Assembly: GCA_030141605.1 (NCBI GenBank)
Contig: JAQGDQ010000001.1
Coordinates: forward strand, 496,001 to 560,000
Reading direction: 5' to 3'
DNA length: 64,000 nucleotides
Source: Tubiluchus corallicola
Taxonomy: Eukaryota; Animalia; Priapulida
In this document: positions 13,420-27,769 of the stretch, piece by piece
Position numbering within the stretch: position 1 is the stretch's first letter
How the letters are laid out: each line of letters opens with the position of its first letter
Notes under the pieces: generated by a model
The model's database searches: none
What the model saw: the letters and a program-made list of their open reading frames with translations, nothing else
Told to the model about the DNA's origin: nothing
Position numbers and translations under genes: made by a program

Positions 13420-14900
13420 AATACTTTATTTTTTATTTATATATTTATCGACATTTATATATCTATCAGAACAGTATAAAGAAAGAAATTAGTAGGTGCA
13501 AGCGCACTTGCGCTGATTATATAATAAAAAGGTGAGGCACAAAAATAAACGCAAGTCTATAAAAACATTGATTACATCTCATTAAAAGGTTCTCTTTAAA
13601 AGCTAACTAAATATGAATTATATACTCTATACAACATGTTGTATACAAAATATGCTATATGCTATGATAATATTATCGCATGTTTCGAAAAAAGTTACAA
13701 TAAGGCAGGAAATTCACTTTCGCCAATCGATTGCTAAAACTGACAAATTAGTAGCATCAACTACATCAGAATTCAGAGCATTCCAAATGTTTATAACTCT
13801 GTTAGCGAATGAGAATCTTGAGACGTTTAATTTCAAAAAAGAGTCTAAACAGTTTAAAGTTGTGACCACGCAATTGATTGGTTATAGCATAACGGAAAAA
13901 ATATAATTGAACTGACATCGGTGGTACAGTCTATGGGAAAATATCTCTCGACCGTTTCAATACTGTCAATATCTTGCATATAGTGTGGGCAATGCATATA
14001 TATACAGTGATGAGCAGTACTCCAAGAAGGTTCGCACATATGCTTTATAAGCAATCAAAAGTGCGTTTTTGTTTTTAGTGTAGAAACACTGAAAGATCAT
14101 ATTTACCATGCGAAATGCCTTAGTAACTACAGTCTTACAATGTGCCGAGCATTTTAAATCAGACGATGCTGTTACGCCTAAGTCATTACATTCATTACGA
14201 TGGGTAAGAGGGGTACTATCAAGGGAATACTGAGGAAGAGGATGCGCCATACCTGAAATGAAGCATGGTGCATTTATGCATTGCCATTGTAGGACCAGTC
14301 TGTTAATTGGTCGATGGCACAAAGCAGTAACAAATGGTTGCTGCAAGAAGCATATCATTTCAAATCAGCATATAGTTTACAAGCAACAGGCTCAAGAACG
14401 TCAGTTAAATAAGTAATAAATAAAACGAACAATAGGGGTCCCAATATACTATCTTTTGGGGTGCCTGAGATTATATGTTTGATTGGGGTAATAAAAGAAA
14501 CCCATGTTGGGTTTAGTGATTAAATTATTTTCTAAGAGATACTCCAATAATTCATTTTTCATAATTGTTAGGGTCTGGATCGTCTACTTTTTTATATGCC
14601 ACAATAATGTGCGCTGTTAACCATGCATCAGACAGCAGGAGATGAAAATGATATTTTCTTTAAAACGCTTTTTACTGATGATGGCGTAAACTCAACATTA
14701 CTTAAATAAGTGGCTCCACTGATACGGAGCTCAAAAGCGGGCAACAAATTGTTATTTAATGGGTAATTTTGTGAGAAAACAGTTGATAGAATTTCTGCCT
14801 TACCAGTGTCATCTACTACGCAGTTGTCATTATGGTTCAAATGCCATAATTTACCACAGATTTACAGGTTCTTTTTCTGTTGACGTATTTAAAAGGAGAA
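13420..14900 (-). mobile_element. Decayed CR1/L2-type LINE ORF2 fragment (RT plus C-terminal region) with A-rich 3' end
   Basis: Minus-strand peptides GKAEILSTVFSQNY, SGTPKDSILGPLLFVLFI..KLYAD, NDLGVT..DLK.SAHC..V.KAFR, AYKAYVRTFLEYCS and RFSFANRVINIWNAL match CR1-group ORF2. Frameshifts and internal deletions. Boundaries are approximate. Confidence 0.85.
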
Positions 14901-16814
14901 TTAATATAGCTTTAGATACTCCTTTAGCACATTTTTCGTACGAAATTTTCCTCCTGGCATATGGAGCCCGCGCCAAAGAAGTTTCTTTTTGCTTTGGAAT
15001 TTTCTGACATAAGAAAGTTTCGCCAGGAAACATATTTTTCTATATCAACGTGTAACATTCTCGCGTTGAATATTACTTTTATAATTGAAAATTACACAAC
15101 TATGCAATACAACGACAGAATTCTCAATATGACAGCCCTAGGAGGAGAGGCGACCAAACGGAAAAGCAGGCCTACGACCACTGCCCTTGATCCCTTGACT
15201 AGACGTCAGAAGTCACCATACTAATGTCGTTCACCATAATGGCTACCCAGCCTCCTCGCGACGTAATTTTTGTAGCCGTGATTTGCTCGCCTAATGATTA
15301 TTAAGTGAAATGTTCACCTCAGGTGACTAAAGTAAGAAATAACTAGTGGATGTTTTTGTCTCTGTCAAAACTGCAGTAAGCTTCTGCTTCAGTCATAGGA
15401 GATGCTTTAAATGACAGCTTTTGTTTCGTATTTACAAACAAAAATGGTTTAAAAATACTTAGCAGTATGCGCATAAGTAAGGTTGCGCTTGGCATTACGA
15501 GTTGCAATTAAAACAGAATAAGTCACTTTTTGATCAGTGATCCGTGGGTCAACGTTTACTCAAATGTGGACCAGTGTACACTGTAGCTCGATAATGAAAA
15601 TATTCGCCTTCCTTACCCAAATTTCGGATTTTCCGCCTTACAATGGGGTCTGGGTCAGCCACTAAGCGTAACTCAACTCGTCTTGTCGAGATCTTTCGTT
15701 TGATATACTACACAAGCCACTGTTACTGACACTGGAAGCATTAATACCCACGATCCCCCCCCCCCCCGATTTTGGTTTTTGCCCTTTACATATATACAAA
15801 TGACCTGTACACAGCCACCCGGAACTCCCCCTGCTTAACTGGACACCAAATATTGCCGTAGCTCTAAAATTGTAGAAGGCGATCCAGTAACAGAGAAAGC
15901 ATTTCAATATTATAAACACTTTGTGTAGTCTGCTTGCCTACTTGCATCTGCGTCTTATGGACATACGCCACGTCTAAAGAGCAACTTCCAGTGAACGCTC
16001 TACAGGCGTGAGATTATAATACCTAAGAGTTAGGAGTAACTGATCCTACTATTTCAGGAAGTATGCTAAAAGCTGTCACTCTAGCCAATCAGATATATGT
16101 TGAGATGTGTCGTATATTACTGAGTCTAAAGGCCAATCAACAGCAACTTGCAGAAGTAGTGCCTGCCTCCAAAACGACAGGTTAGCAGAGGCTCGTTGCT
16201 AGGTGTTACTAAGGATATATATTTTTAGATGTGTGGCATAAGTTAACTAAGTTTAGCCTCAGAATTGGGGTATATTATATAAGAACCAGCATTATCAGCT
16301 GGAAGACAGTCTGTTTGAAGACTCAAGTGCTTTGCTACAGATTCTGCGCCAAGCGTTTCTCTACCCTCTTCGACTTATTGTGGATGTTCATCAGTGTACT
16401 TTATGGTCAATATACTATGCGATCATGTAATGTGTTATATACATGTATATATATATACTTCGACACGTGACGATAATTATAGTGCTCGATCACCAACTAC
16501 ATTACTTAAAGATCACCTTCATTATCACTGATGCAGAGTTACAATCCTTCCTTCATTATTACTATCGAGCGTAACGAAAAAAATCCTGCCCCCTCCGTTA
16601 CTTCTGATCCAGAGGTGTCGATCACTTATAAATATAAATCCTCGTATCTGGAAAGTGTGCTCTGTGACCCTTTTCCTGTGCGTGTGCGAGTTATTAAACA
16701 AAAAACGCTCAGAAACCAAAATCTGAATAATAATAATTAAATCTCAACAACGCGTTCTACCTGTATTAATTAAATTACTAGCCAAACCCCACAAAAAGAA
16801 TTTTGTGCACAAAT

Positions 16815-17645
16815 CAACACACAACCCACACCACTCCACCTCATCACACCACACTGCACCACACCATACCACTCCACCTCATCGCACCACACTGCACCAC
16901 ACCATACCACCTACACACCACACCACCCACACCATACCACTCCACCACATCACACCACACTGCACCACACCATACCACTGCAGCACCCACACACCACACC
17001 ACCCACACCATAATACTCCACCACATCACACCGCACAGCACCACACCATAACACCACACTGCACCACACCACCCACCCACCTACACACCACACCACCCAC
17101 ACCATACCACTCCACCACATCACACCACACTGCACCACACCATACCACTGCAGCACACCGCACCACCCACACACCACACCACACCACACCACACACACAC
17201 CATACGACTCCACTACCTAACACTGCACAGCACCACACCATAACACCACACTGCACCACACCACCCACCCACCTACACACCACACCACCCATACCATACC
17301 ACTCCACCACATCACACCACACCGCACCACACCATACCACTGCAGCACACCGCACCACCCACACCACACCACACTACCCACACCATACGACTCCACCACA
17401 TCACACCACACTGCACCACACCTTACCACTGCACTGCACCACACCACACCGCACCACCCACACCATAATACTCCACCACATCACACCACACTGCACCACA
17501 ACACCCGCCCACCCACACACCACGCCACCCACTCCATACCACACTACCCACACCACACCCCACACACCCTACCACCCCACCACACCATCCATAGCACAAC
17601 ACACAAAGCACACCACCACCACACCACATCAAATCCACCACCTCA
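16815..17645. repeat. Complex CACCA/CACAC-based satellite with higher-order repeats
   Basis: Pentamer-like CACCA units. The block CTACACACCACACCACCCA.ACCATACCACTCCACCACATCACACCACAC recurs at ~16911, ~17081 and ~17272. Confidence 0.92.
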
Positions 17646-18049
17646 CGTGGTGATCGTGATGTTGATGATGATGATGGTGGTGGTGGCAACGATGACGACA
17701 CCTATAGCACAAGCACCAACAGCACAGCATTGCAACAAAACCATTCCAAACATTTTTCACAAAGTTGAAACTATGTGCTATAATATAATAAATAGCAAAG
17801 GCCCCGCAAAAGATTTTGCATAAAAACCACGTGTAATCAATAATACGCGAACGTCCTACACAGTCCTCATTTATAACACAACGCCCGTAACATCCTGCCT
17901 ACCGTTTGTTTAACTAACGCAAACCCGTAGCAGGCAGCTTTTTACTGAATTAAAGTTATAAGATTACAGCAGAGTACAATGGATGACGTCACAACAATGC
18001 CTTTGCGTCAACAGTTTTCTAAGCGAAAATTGCCGAAAATAGAACTCCT

Positions 18050-18566
18050 AATTAACTCGCCAATACTCCTCTCGGTGGACCTGCCCTAACATATAGCCCA
18101 CATCATCGTGTAGCCCCGTTCTTCCTCTTTGTAAAGAGCCCCATATCTCCTTCCGAGAGTCACACCGGGCGACGCTAGAACGTTTTTCCCGCAGGCTGTT
18201 TGGTCAAAATTTCGAAAAAATCGCGAGTTGGGTCCGGGAAAACGCCCGTTGCGGGGCGCCCTGGTCCTCTCGGGAATTCTAAATATGCCTACTACACCCA
18301 CCGCTAAACGGGCTACCTATCCATACCCAGCACCACCTTCGGCCTATTCCAGTTCTTCAGAAATAAGAGGTATAAGTTTTGCAAAAAACGGCCGAAAAGG
18401 GGCCATTTTTGGAGGTTTTTCGCCTCCCGTTCCTCCCGGTGGGCCCGATTCGAAAAATAAACCATCAATGAGAAGACACCTTTCGTTTGATATATAGATC
18501 GCCGCAAATGGTGCCCTCGTCCGGGCTGTAGCCTCGAATCTTATATATATATATATATATTAAGAT
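18050..18566 (-). mobile_element. GC-rich putative non-autonomous Helitron-like element (5' portion)
   Basis: Sharp GC-rich block. The minus strand begins A|TCTTAATATATATA..., resembling Helitron 5' TC ends. A 3' CTAG/hairpin end was not confidently located. Confidence 0.35.
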
Positions 18567-18719
18567 ACCAAGAATATTAATATAAGGGATTAAGTTTCAA
18601 ATATTATCAAACAGGAAACTGAAGAAAGGGGGCTGAGAAGATGTTCAAGAATTTAATAATCAGCAAAACCTTGTTTACTCATGATATCAAACGATTTACT
18701 TATGATATCAAACGCGGAC

Positions 18720-19060
18720 ATTTTAGAGGCGTAACTGAAGAAACCTATCTGACCTTAAACTTGTGATTCAAGATCAAAGGTCAGTTACACCTCAAAACTT
18801 GCGAAGACTTGGGCTCAAATTCTGATAACTTATAGCATCAGAGAGGATACCTAGCCCTACACTGAGTGACTGGTCAATTATAACTCAGTTACGTTTGGGT
18901 GAACAATCACTGTGTTATGATAATCGATGACTTTGGGTAGTTGGTTCAAGGTCAAAGTAAATTACAATTGTAAAAAGCCCTGATTTCCAGGAAACCAAAC
19001 TTCGCGGATATGCAGTGATAGAAAAAGTCCAGGTGGAGGGCCACATTCACAGAAAAGCTA
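18720..19060. mobile_element. Helentron/HINE-like repeat remnant
   Basis: TGACCTT, CAAAGGTCA, CAAGGTCAAAG and AAACCAAACTT motifs, shared in style with 24830-25030 and 27230-27620. The family call is inference. Confidence 0.35.
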
Positions 19061-22000
19061 ATGAGTTTCCAGTTGCAAATGCCATTTATCAATAACTGCG
19101 CGTGTTTCACCCTACTCAGGACTATGAACGCACGAAACAAACTAAACATAACATTATTCACTTATTTTTAAACGCAGTTACACGAAAATGGCACGTGCTT
19201 TGCACTGATTATCAGCTAAAAACGTTTCAAAGATTTACCAGAATTACACAACATTTTCACAAAAAGTTGAATATTTGCATACAGTTACTTTACACTGTGG
19301 TAGCAAACCATAACTTCAAGACTAAGTATACTGTATGCTAGCCTGAGTAGGCACATTTTCACAAAAAGCTTAATATTTTCACAGAATTAATTTAATAAAA
19401 CTTTATACTGTGATACCAAGTTGTAACGTTTAGGACGTTAATAAAGATTTTTGAACAACGAGAATAATCTAGTGGCTGCATAAGTAATGCCATCAATTTA
19501 TTACCAGTTACGAAGTGTCCGAGCTTACGCATTTACAAACTGTTTTGGGTTGCTAAATGTGTCTATTGTGAAAAAGTGCCTGGTTACCAAATGTCTGCAA
19601 TATGCTGTTTTTAGTTTCCGTTTTCTATCTACCAAGAGAACCCTCAAAACATTAGGCTATATTTTGGTGGAGACCAATTAGGACTAGGGGGAGTGTTGTC
19701 AAAATTTTTACTTTTGGCAGAAAATACATTTTTTCCTTTCTAGGGTATCTTGTCCGAGACAAGAATAGTGAAAGAACCGCTATTAGCGAGAACGACGACG
19801 ATGACAACCATTATATTTTTGTTTAAAACTAATGTTCACTGGAACAATTTCAGCTGCAGAAATTGAGTTTCAGTGAACATTACACTTTGCTGACACGACA
19901 TCAATCCATTTACAGGTACTGTAAAATTTTTCTTAATGAAGAAAACTCGGCAGCTGAGCAGATTCTTAGAAAGGAAAGATCTATGATAACCTGCAAGCAC
20001 GCCACATTGACATGAAAGAATATCCTAAAAACTTAAACCTTATACGTTATAATTATGTATTTTTTGTGTTTGGGTTGGTTTCATAGCTACAGAAGACTGG
20101 AATGTTACATGTTTCAGATTACTGTGTCTGGCGACTTTTCGCCTATAGGCAGGGCAACATTCCAAACGGATATTTTGGATTTTCATAATCGCCTGGTTAT
20201 CATTTTACTGCTAGTTTGTACTACTGCGTGGACGGATAATAGCGATTGATGATGGCGTTAACAAGCCTTGACGCTTCAACACCTTAATGCTTCATTATTT
20301 GTCTTCATTTCTGGTTTATTAAGTAAAGGTTATACAACAACCGATTGCGGGTGCCTAGTTTCAGAAAATAACAGAAGATATTTAAATGTGAAGGGTCGTG
20401 CGGTATTTCCGCGTTCGTCTCAAATTCGATTATCAGTCGTCACTGCTGCACTGAAATATGTCAGTATATTTTTATGTTAAGTTAGGAGTTTTCTTGCGGT
20501 TACGACTACCCCCTTTTATCGTATTTTTAATAAAAAGTCCTTTCAAGATGTCTCAGTATTAGTTCACAAATGCTGATGATCTATTTGTGCTTAGAGCCAA
20601 GACAGCCACGTATAAAACCGTATTTCTCTCGGGCTTCACGTCTGTAAAATTCTTTTCCTGAAAATTGTTTCTTTTGTCAACTAAAGCTTCACTTGAATCC
20701 AGAAAAAAACAAGCACCACCGTCAGCAAATCAGTAATGAGAAATCTGTATTTTCAAATTTGTCCCATTTTCACTTTGTAGTGTAGGGCTTATTTTGAGTG
20801 CCATTAGTCCTACTTGAGACGATTTTGTGAAAAAAGAATATTGAAAGACTGAAAAAAGACTTATAAATATCGTCTACACTTTCATCAGTTAAATTCAAAG
20901 TTACAATGTCCACAAAGTTACTTCTGTGGCTTACCAAGTTTCTAGAAATCAAAAAGAATATCTTATGTAAATTACCTTTGCGATGGGGTCAATTTCAAAA
21001 CCATCGTATAAGAGTAAGCTATTATCCCGTTCAGGCTAAAGTCGAGGATGAATACCCAACTCGTGTTGTTATGCACAAAGTACAACATATGGAAGCCTTA
21101 CAACGCAGCAAAATTGTTTACTTGTTTTACAAACGTTTATCAAATTAATTAACACTTTAAAACGTATGACTTACTTCACTATAACACTTTTACCTAGTAT
21201 GAAAGGCGAGTGTGAGTTAAACAGAGCGACGTTCCTCGGAAACAAAGTCACGTTTCGAAACGTCAGCGAGCTTCTAAATAACTGATTTCATTCACGCGAT
21301 TTTCTTTACAGCTATTTACCCAATGTAAAGAAAACCTCATATAACACCACCACGTCTTACACTCCTTTTACTATTTTTCTTTGGCAATATGTATTTTACG
21401 TTAAATTTTAATCGCCTTCGCAATCTTCCTAACTTCTGCGACGTCTATAACAAGCTAGAAGATATCAGAAGCCTTGGATTAGGTCATCACTGTCGTATCA
21501 TCTAGCACGCACGGCTATTGCCCTGCGTGCAGTACAAGGCATGCGTAGATTCTACGACGTCCCACACAGAAGACAAGCGGATTAATGTCTATGATTTGAG
21601 CAGATGATTCTGCTGCATGGTTCTAATTATATAATTCCGGCAAATGACTACATAGGTTGACGTTAATGCAGCGATTGTTACAAAACAACTGCACTTGCTA
21701 GCATGTAAATACCGACAATATTACAATGCAGTAGCAAGTTTGTATTAAATTTACAAGTTTTATATTTCAGAATACCAATGAAGTCTTTTAAACATGTAGT
21801 TTAAATGGGATACCTTATCATCTCTTGCACTCCATACACGAAGAATACCTCTTGCAGTCAATTGGCTTCACTGTTGCGCAAACTCTTTGCGTTAGATGTT
21901 TGGAAGGACAAAACGTTTTCTGAAAAATTGCATAACCCAATAACGAATTTCCGCAAAGATGATTAAATTTACCTAAACGCTGGAAAGCAAAACTAACAAC

Positions 22001-24829
22001 ACTGGGCAGTATTTACGAAAACAAGGAAGATTTGATTTTTTCCTCATTTTCTGAATTGTCTGAGCTTCAACAGAGTTTCTAAGGCTTGATTAACTAGCTC
22101 GTCTCACTTAGTTCAATTCAGATTTATGTTTCGCTCAATGAAATTTCGACGTGAAACTTTTATAGAAACTACCGTGGCAATAAAATCGCTCTTTTTGATT
22201 ATTTGGTTATTCGTTTGATTATCTTCATTTGATGGAACTGCTTGAATCTCTGACCCAGTTTGTGTTTGGTGCGTAAGCGTGTGCATTTAACTACCTATAA
22301 CTATTTCGCTTCGTTGATAATTAGTTTCGAGACAAAGACTCCTTTTTCGTTGAACTGGGCATGTGCAACAGCAATGCAACCTCGGCGCTCATTGTCTCAA
22401 AGCTATGCGATGCAAGAGCGCGATGCGACTCGGTGGGAGTAATATCAGTACCCACAAAGGGGAACGTCAAACGTGCGTATTCGTCCACATAGTGCTTTGC
22501 TGGTTAACTACAGCAATAAAAACGATCATTTTTTAAAAAAAAATCGGATTTAAGTTGTTTAAGTAATACAAGACGTTTCAATTTAATTTTATTTCGTTTA
22601 CTGATACTCATGATGATGCTGACTCGAAAACTAAAACCTAGTTTAAACTATAGCAAAATGTAAAGGATAATTGTCGAAATTCAGTAGCGACAGAACAGAT
22701 GAATCTTTTAGCCGATATTAAAAATCACAAATTTGGTGACTAGGGATATCAAAATTGCCTGGCGATCTGGAGTTTTACGCTATTTATTTCTTTTGCATTG
22801 GCTAATGCTATTGGGCATCCCATTCACATTTTACTGTATGGTTTGATGTATTTCTCCTAGCCAATGCATTTCTCGTACTAGCACAGCTATTATACCCTGT
22901 TCATTCCCATTGTGCAAAACTGTCATGTTTGATTTGTTCTTAAGTGCCTCTTCACTATTCTGAAACGAACTGCGGGAGACTATAAAGAAACTGCTCAAGT
23001 TTTTCTGATGGAGTTAATCAAACAATTCGTAGAAGTTCGAAAAGGTATAGCCTGTACACGCATTTCCCAATATACTAGTGGCAACTCTGTCTTATGGCTC
23101 TGCAAAAGATCTTAGCGAAAACTTCTTCGACTGTTTAAGTCCTCTTACATTAATCGTTTCCGGCTGACGCTAAAATGTGTAAAAAGTTGACAATTTTGCT
23201 CATAATGTTTGGATAACGATTCAGCGTATTTTTCATACGTGTCAGTATAGCAAAGTAAAAAAAACAGAAAGGGTAGTGGGTTATAAAAAATATAACAATA
23301 CAAATGTTTTTTCAGCTCAGTAGTACACGCAAAAGGCAGTTTACCCAAAATGCTGATTTAACCGACATTTTCGAGTTAAAAATTATGTTTGTCAGATAAA
23401 TCAACAAAATTGTCATGGGGAATTTAAGACAAATCAAAACAGTCAGAATCGCCATGATTAAAATTCCTTAGCGGGTAGGTTACATGAACAGGTAAAGTTA
23501 CTTGTTGTTACTTTGGACGTAGTCGAAACTGCCATTGACGCATAAAAAGCAGTCGATAGGGCTGAAAGAATATCAAACTAGCACAATAATGTACAGATCG
23601 GCAGCGTGTGCTAAGCCCGGCTTATCTCACAAACTATTGCTCGCTGACAGACGTTACAAGTATAAACTTATAAACAAATAAGAAAAACATGAAGAATGCG
23701 TGTACTTTTATAGCAATTTGTTAATTATTCTAGAAAATGTGTCATTTTAATATATTTATCAGACTACAAGAAATTGTAAGCAAACCATTAAAAACGATTC
23801 AGTTATTTTACTTAAAAATATGTGCATTGTATCAAGATTTGCGTGAAGGATTAAACGTTGTAACCACCGTCGAAAATGCTGGGCGTCAACAAAAATCGGC
23901 AATTAACGTACAAACTTGTTGTGAAAGTAGATATTTTAATTATACTGCAATAAAGTTACTTCCCAATGAATTCCCAATGCCTTAATATATAAAATTTATA
24001 CCTGAACACTCTAAAAGACTAAAAAAAGTAAGTAACAATATGTGTTTAAGTAACATAAGTTACCCTAGTTAACTTTGTGAAAAAGTTCAGTCACTGTGCT
24101 CGTGAACTGTCTGACCCAGTGGTAAGTTTATCTAAGTCTTTTTTGCCTTGAAAAACCTATAATAAATCTGGCTCTTTCATACCTTTCCAAAGACTATATG
24201 TCTGCACCAAGTACCAGAAGCAAAGTATTTCACCGTTATAATGTCTCTGTTTTACTAAAAGTAACTTTTTTTTACTAAAGATATTTTACTGGCAGAAATC
24301 TTGAATGGACGGAAAAAATAAAAATAAAATTAATAATGCAAACTTGACTTTGATTCTTACAGCATATTTCAATATATACGTTCTCCAGGTATGTTTGTGA
24401 GTATCTTTTGTCAGTTCAGTAGCTGAGAATATAAAAGGAGTGCTTGATTGGCCATTGCGGGGTGGACCTAGCTGGTAGAGCGACATTTCCCGATCTGTGT
24501 ATTGTAACACGTAACAGTTATTTTTCAGATATTGATGTTTGATATCTATTAGTGAATCTGTATTTGTAAATTACATAATATCTTACCTTATAATTTTACC
24601 ATTTTACCCTGAAAGAGATGTAAACGACATTTTTCACAGTACTGTCTCAGCACAGTCCCTTGATCACAAAACCTTAAAGTTTCACTTTGTTTATTCGATT
24701 TAGCGAACGATACTTCAGACACAGTTACTCAGTTCAAACATGAATAGTTATGTCTAAAGTTCTAGGTAATTACTTTTTTAAAAAATGAAAAGTGTTTAGC
24801 GTGACGGTCAGCGTTTTGTTGCAACTGTC

Positions 24830-25030
24830 GCCAAGCAAATGCCAGTGTTAAATCTGTTTATCTGCGTGTGTTGGACATTTAGTTGGGTGTGAATCTGTCT
24901 GACAAAATCAAAGTAAATGAAGTTGTAATCACGAAACTTGGCACACGGATACGTCTAAGCAAGACCGAGAACGCCATTCCTTTTTAGGTCAGGGTCACAA
25001 AGTAACAAAAGTGTCAAAATAAATTTTTGC
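24830..25030 (+). mobile_element. Helentron/HINE-like repeat remnant
   Basis: CTGT-type microsatellite remnant followed by ATCACGAAACTTGGCACA and TTTTAGGTCAGGGTCAC, motifs typical of HINE central repeats. Confidence 0.45.
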
Positions 25031-26149
25031 TGATTAATAATTATAGTGTCACTGTTGAGTACCTTCTCTGTTTTCTGTTTCATTTGCATTTGTTACTTAT
25101 TAGACATTATATATACAACACTATAGAATTCTTAAGTTTTCCATAAGTAAAATTCGCGTTGAACAAGTGCAGAAATTTTTACAACATTGTTTTAAAAGCC
25201 TCACTTACAAAATTAGGGGTTTTTGCTCATCTTTCTTTATCAAGCTCTCAACTTGAGTCGAGCCTGTTCTTGAAAAACTACAAGCTTATTTGAATGACAA
25301 TTTCCCACGACTACAATATTATTAGCAAAATCAATTTGGAAAATTTTGAAAAAGTATTTTTTAGACAATCTAATACTTCTGCCCAAATTGGCATGCCAAC
25401 TAATATTATCGAAAATTTAACAGCAAATTTATTTTTGTCAAGACGACAAATTGGTTTAGCAAAATTATATGGACTAATCACTAATCGCTGATAAATCTAG
25501 TAGAACTTTTCAGCATTTCTAGCAAATACTTGCCGCAGAGGTTTATGGTATGTCGTGTCAGTAGCTCGCTAAAACGTCAGTAGCTCCAAACTCCCAGTTT
25601 GTCAAAACGAAATTTCTGTAGAATAGAAACGACGCATTAAAGTAGGAATTTTCGATTGCAAGTTATCCTAACTTTGCCAAAAATCTTGATAATTTACCTA
25701 CCTTGGTCTCATTTGGATGTAAATACATCTTCATTTTACGAGATAAGCAGCCAATCAGTATGCTGAATGAAACCACATAGAGCGAGTATCGAACCCGGTA
25801 ATCAGCCATCCATTCATTGGCTAGCCACTGCGTTCATTCTTAACTCCGGTATTAGCATTCATAGTAGGCTAAGGTCAAACTAGCTTGCAGTGTGCGAAAC
25901 TGTAAAAAAACTAAAAAACCAACTTCAAAGCAATCTTCTTTTTGTTTTCCTTTGCTTTCTTCTTTTTTTCTTCGTTACTCCTTCTTTCCTAATCTTCCTC
26001 CTTATCATTTTTGTTGTTTTGTTTTCTTATTCTTCTTTTTTCCTCTTTTTTAATTCTTGTTTTTTGCACTTTGTGCTCTGAAAAGAGCTTGTATTTATGT
26101 AACTATATTCCCCTTGCAACCAAATTAAATGTGTCTGATTGTTAAGGAT

Positions 26150-26155
<6 letters not shown>

Positions 26156-26211
<56 letters not shown>
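26156..26211. repeat. (TA)n microsatellite
   Basis: Read directly. Confidence 0.97.
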
Positions 26212-26214
<3 letters not shown>

Positions 26215-27229
26215 ATGCGGAAAAGCCTTTTAATGGTTCCCTCTCGAGAAAACAAAGTTGTTATCGGCGGTGGTCTCAGTTGAGCAATAAACACACATAA
26301 ATCTTCTACAGTGACATTTGCTGTGACTAGAGGATTATTCAGGCTATAGTTTATGAGAAACCCGCTGAATTGAAAAGTAAATCGCGCAATAACCGAACAA
26401 TAAGTGTTTCTCGTAATGTCACAACAAGCCGCCTTCCAGATTCTAGTGGTTTTTCCTTTTTCCTTGTTTTTTAGTCAGGAAGTGTGCATATTAAAAACAG
26501 TAAAGAAAAATAATTAAACTAATAAAAAAAACATAGAATAAAAATTGCAGCATAATAAATATGATAGATGTAATTCTAATTTTTAACGAGCGTCTGACTA
26601 AAAAAGTGTTTGTTTTCTTGCGTAAGCGAAACAAGTAACTGATTTTATTTTTCCGAAACGATCTTCGCTTATATGAGCGCTTATACGTACATATGGCAAC
26701 CTTAGCTATATAGGTAACACGTGTTTAGCGGTGCGTTTGGACTGGTGGGTTTCGATAACATCCCCAAATTATTCCTTGTAGAAAGCTAATTTCGTTTGCT
26801 CGAAGGCTTTTTCAAAGTGCCCTGGTATGTCATTGCTATAAACACATACTAACACAGATTATTTTTGTTGTGTAGGCCGGGAGGTACATCTTAAAGCGGA
26901 AAGACGGAACGATTTATGCATCACGGGAAGGTTTATGTATTGAGGATATTAGTGCGATAACAGACAAAATGGTCGCTTTTTCCATAAGCGGCACCTTAGC
27001 TTCGCAAATTATAGAGTTTAATTAAACGCAATCACAAAAGCTGAGAATTTGTATTTGTTCTTTTTTATAATAATAATTCCAATGCATCTGATTTATATTT
27101 ATGTCAATGAGTTTTTGAAAGCATAAATTCTGTTCTTCACTAAGAAAAGATTTTGGTTTTATAGAGACATTTATCTCTGCTAAGCAACAGTAGCTTGTAG
27201 TACGCAAAATGAAGGATCTCGGTGACACA

Positions 27230-27620
27230 ATTTGAATGATAGAGATTGACCCGAGGTTGACTGATCCCTAACCTAAGATCACGTGTTAAAATGTGGAGCA
27301 TGGGCGCAGACATTTTCCCTGGGTTGAGCAATGGCTTGTAGTATAGCAAATGAAAGTACGGCAAGCCAAACTGAATGGTATAAGTTGACCGAAACTGTTT
27401 GACCCGCGACCCAAGGTCACTGGTCAAGATATCACAAGTTCCGAATTTCATCGAAACGAAATGCATCTTCTAGGCAATTAAGCATGCCGAATTGAAGTCA
27501 ATGTCTAGACCTTCATATCCCTGACCCATGGAGTTGCGTGTCCAAACGTGACAAATTCCGATTTGATTGAAAAGAAATGCAATTCCTAGGTAATCAAGCA
27601 TCAGATTTCACAAAAACGAA
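27230..27620. mobile_element. Helentron/HINE-like repeat remnant with internal duplication
   Basis: TGACC/GGTCA motifs. The segment TTCCGA..T..GAAA.GAAATGCA...CTAGG.AAT.AAGCAT is repeated at ~27440-27486 and ~27555-27601. Confidence 0.4.
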
Positions 27621-27769
27621 ATTCATAATTAGATAATACGGCAAATTCAACGAAATTAACATTATAAGATTTAAACAAATTTTTAATATTATTTTAGGAT
27701 CAAATTGTGGAACAGCAGATTTCTACCATCTGAAGTGTAATTCCTAAGTAACTGAGCACGGCGATTTCA

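Noticed and set aside
15871-16545. Second possible solo LTR (TGTAG...CTACA)
   Set aside because: No matching TSD and ambiguous ends.
16805-17653. 282-aa His/Thr/Pro-rich ORF
   Set aside because: GTG start, and stop codons are compositionally rare in a C/A-rich satellite. No splice or signal-peptide support.
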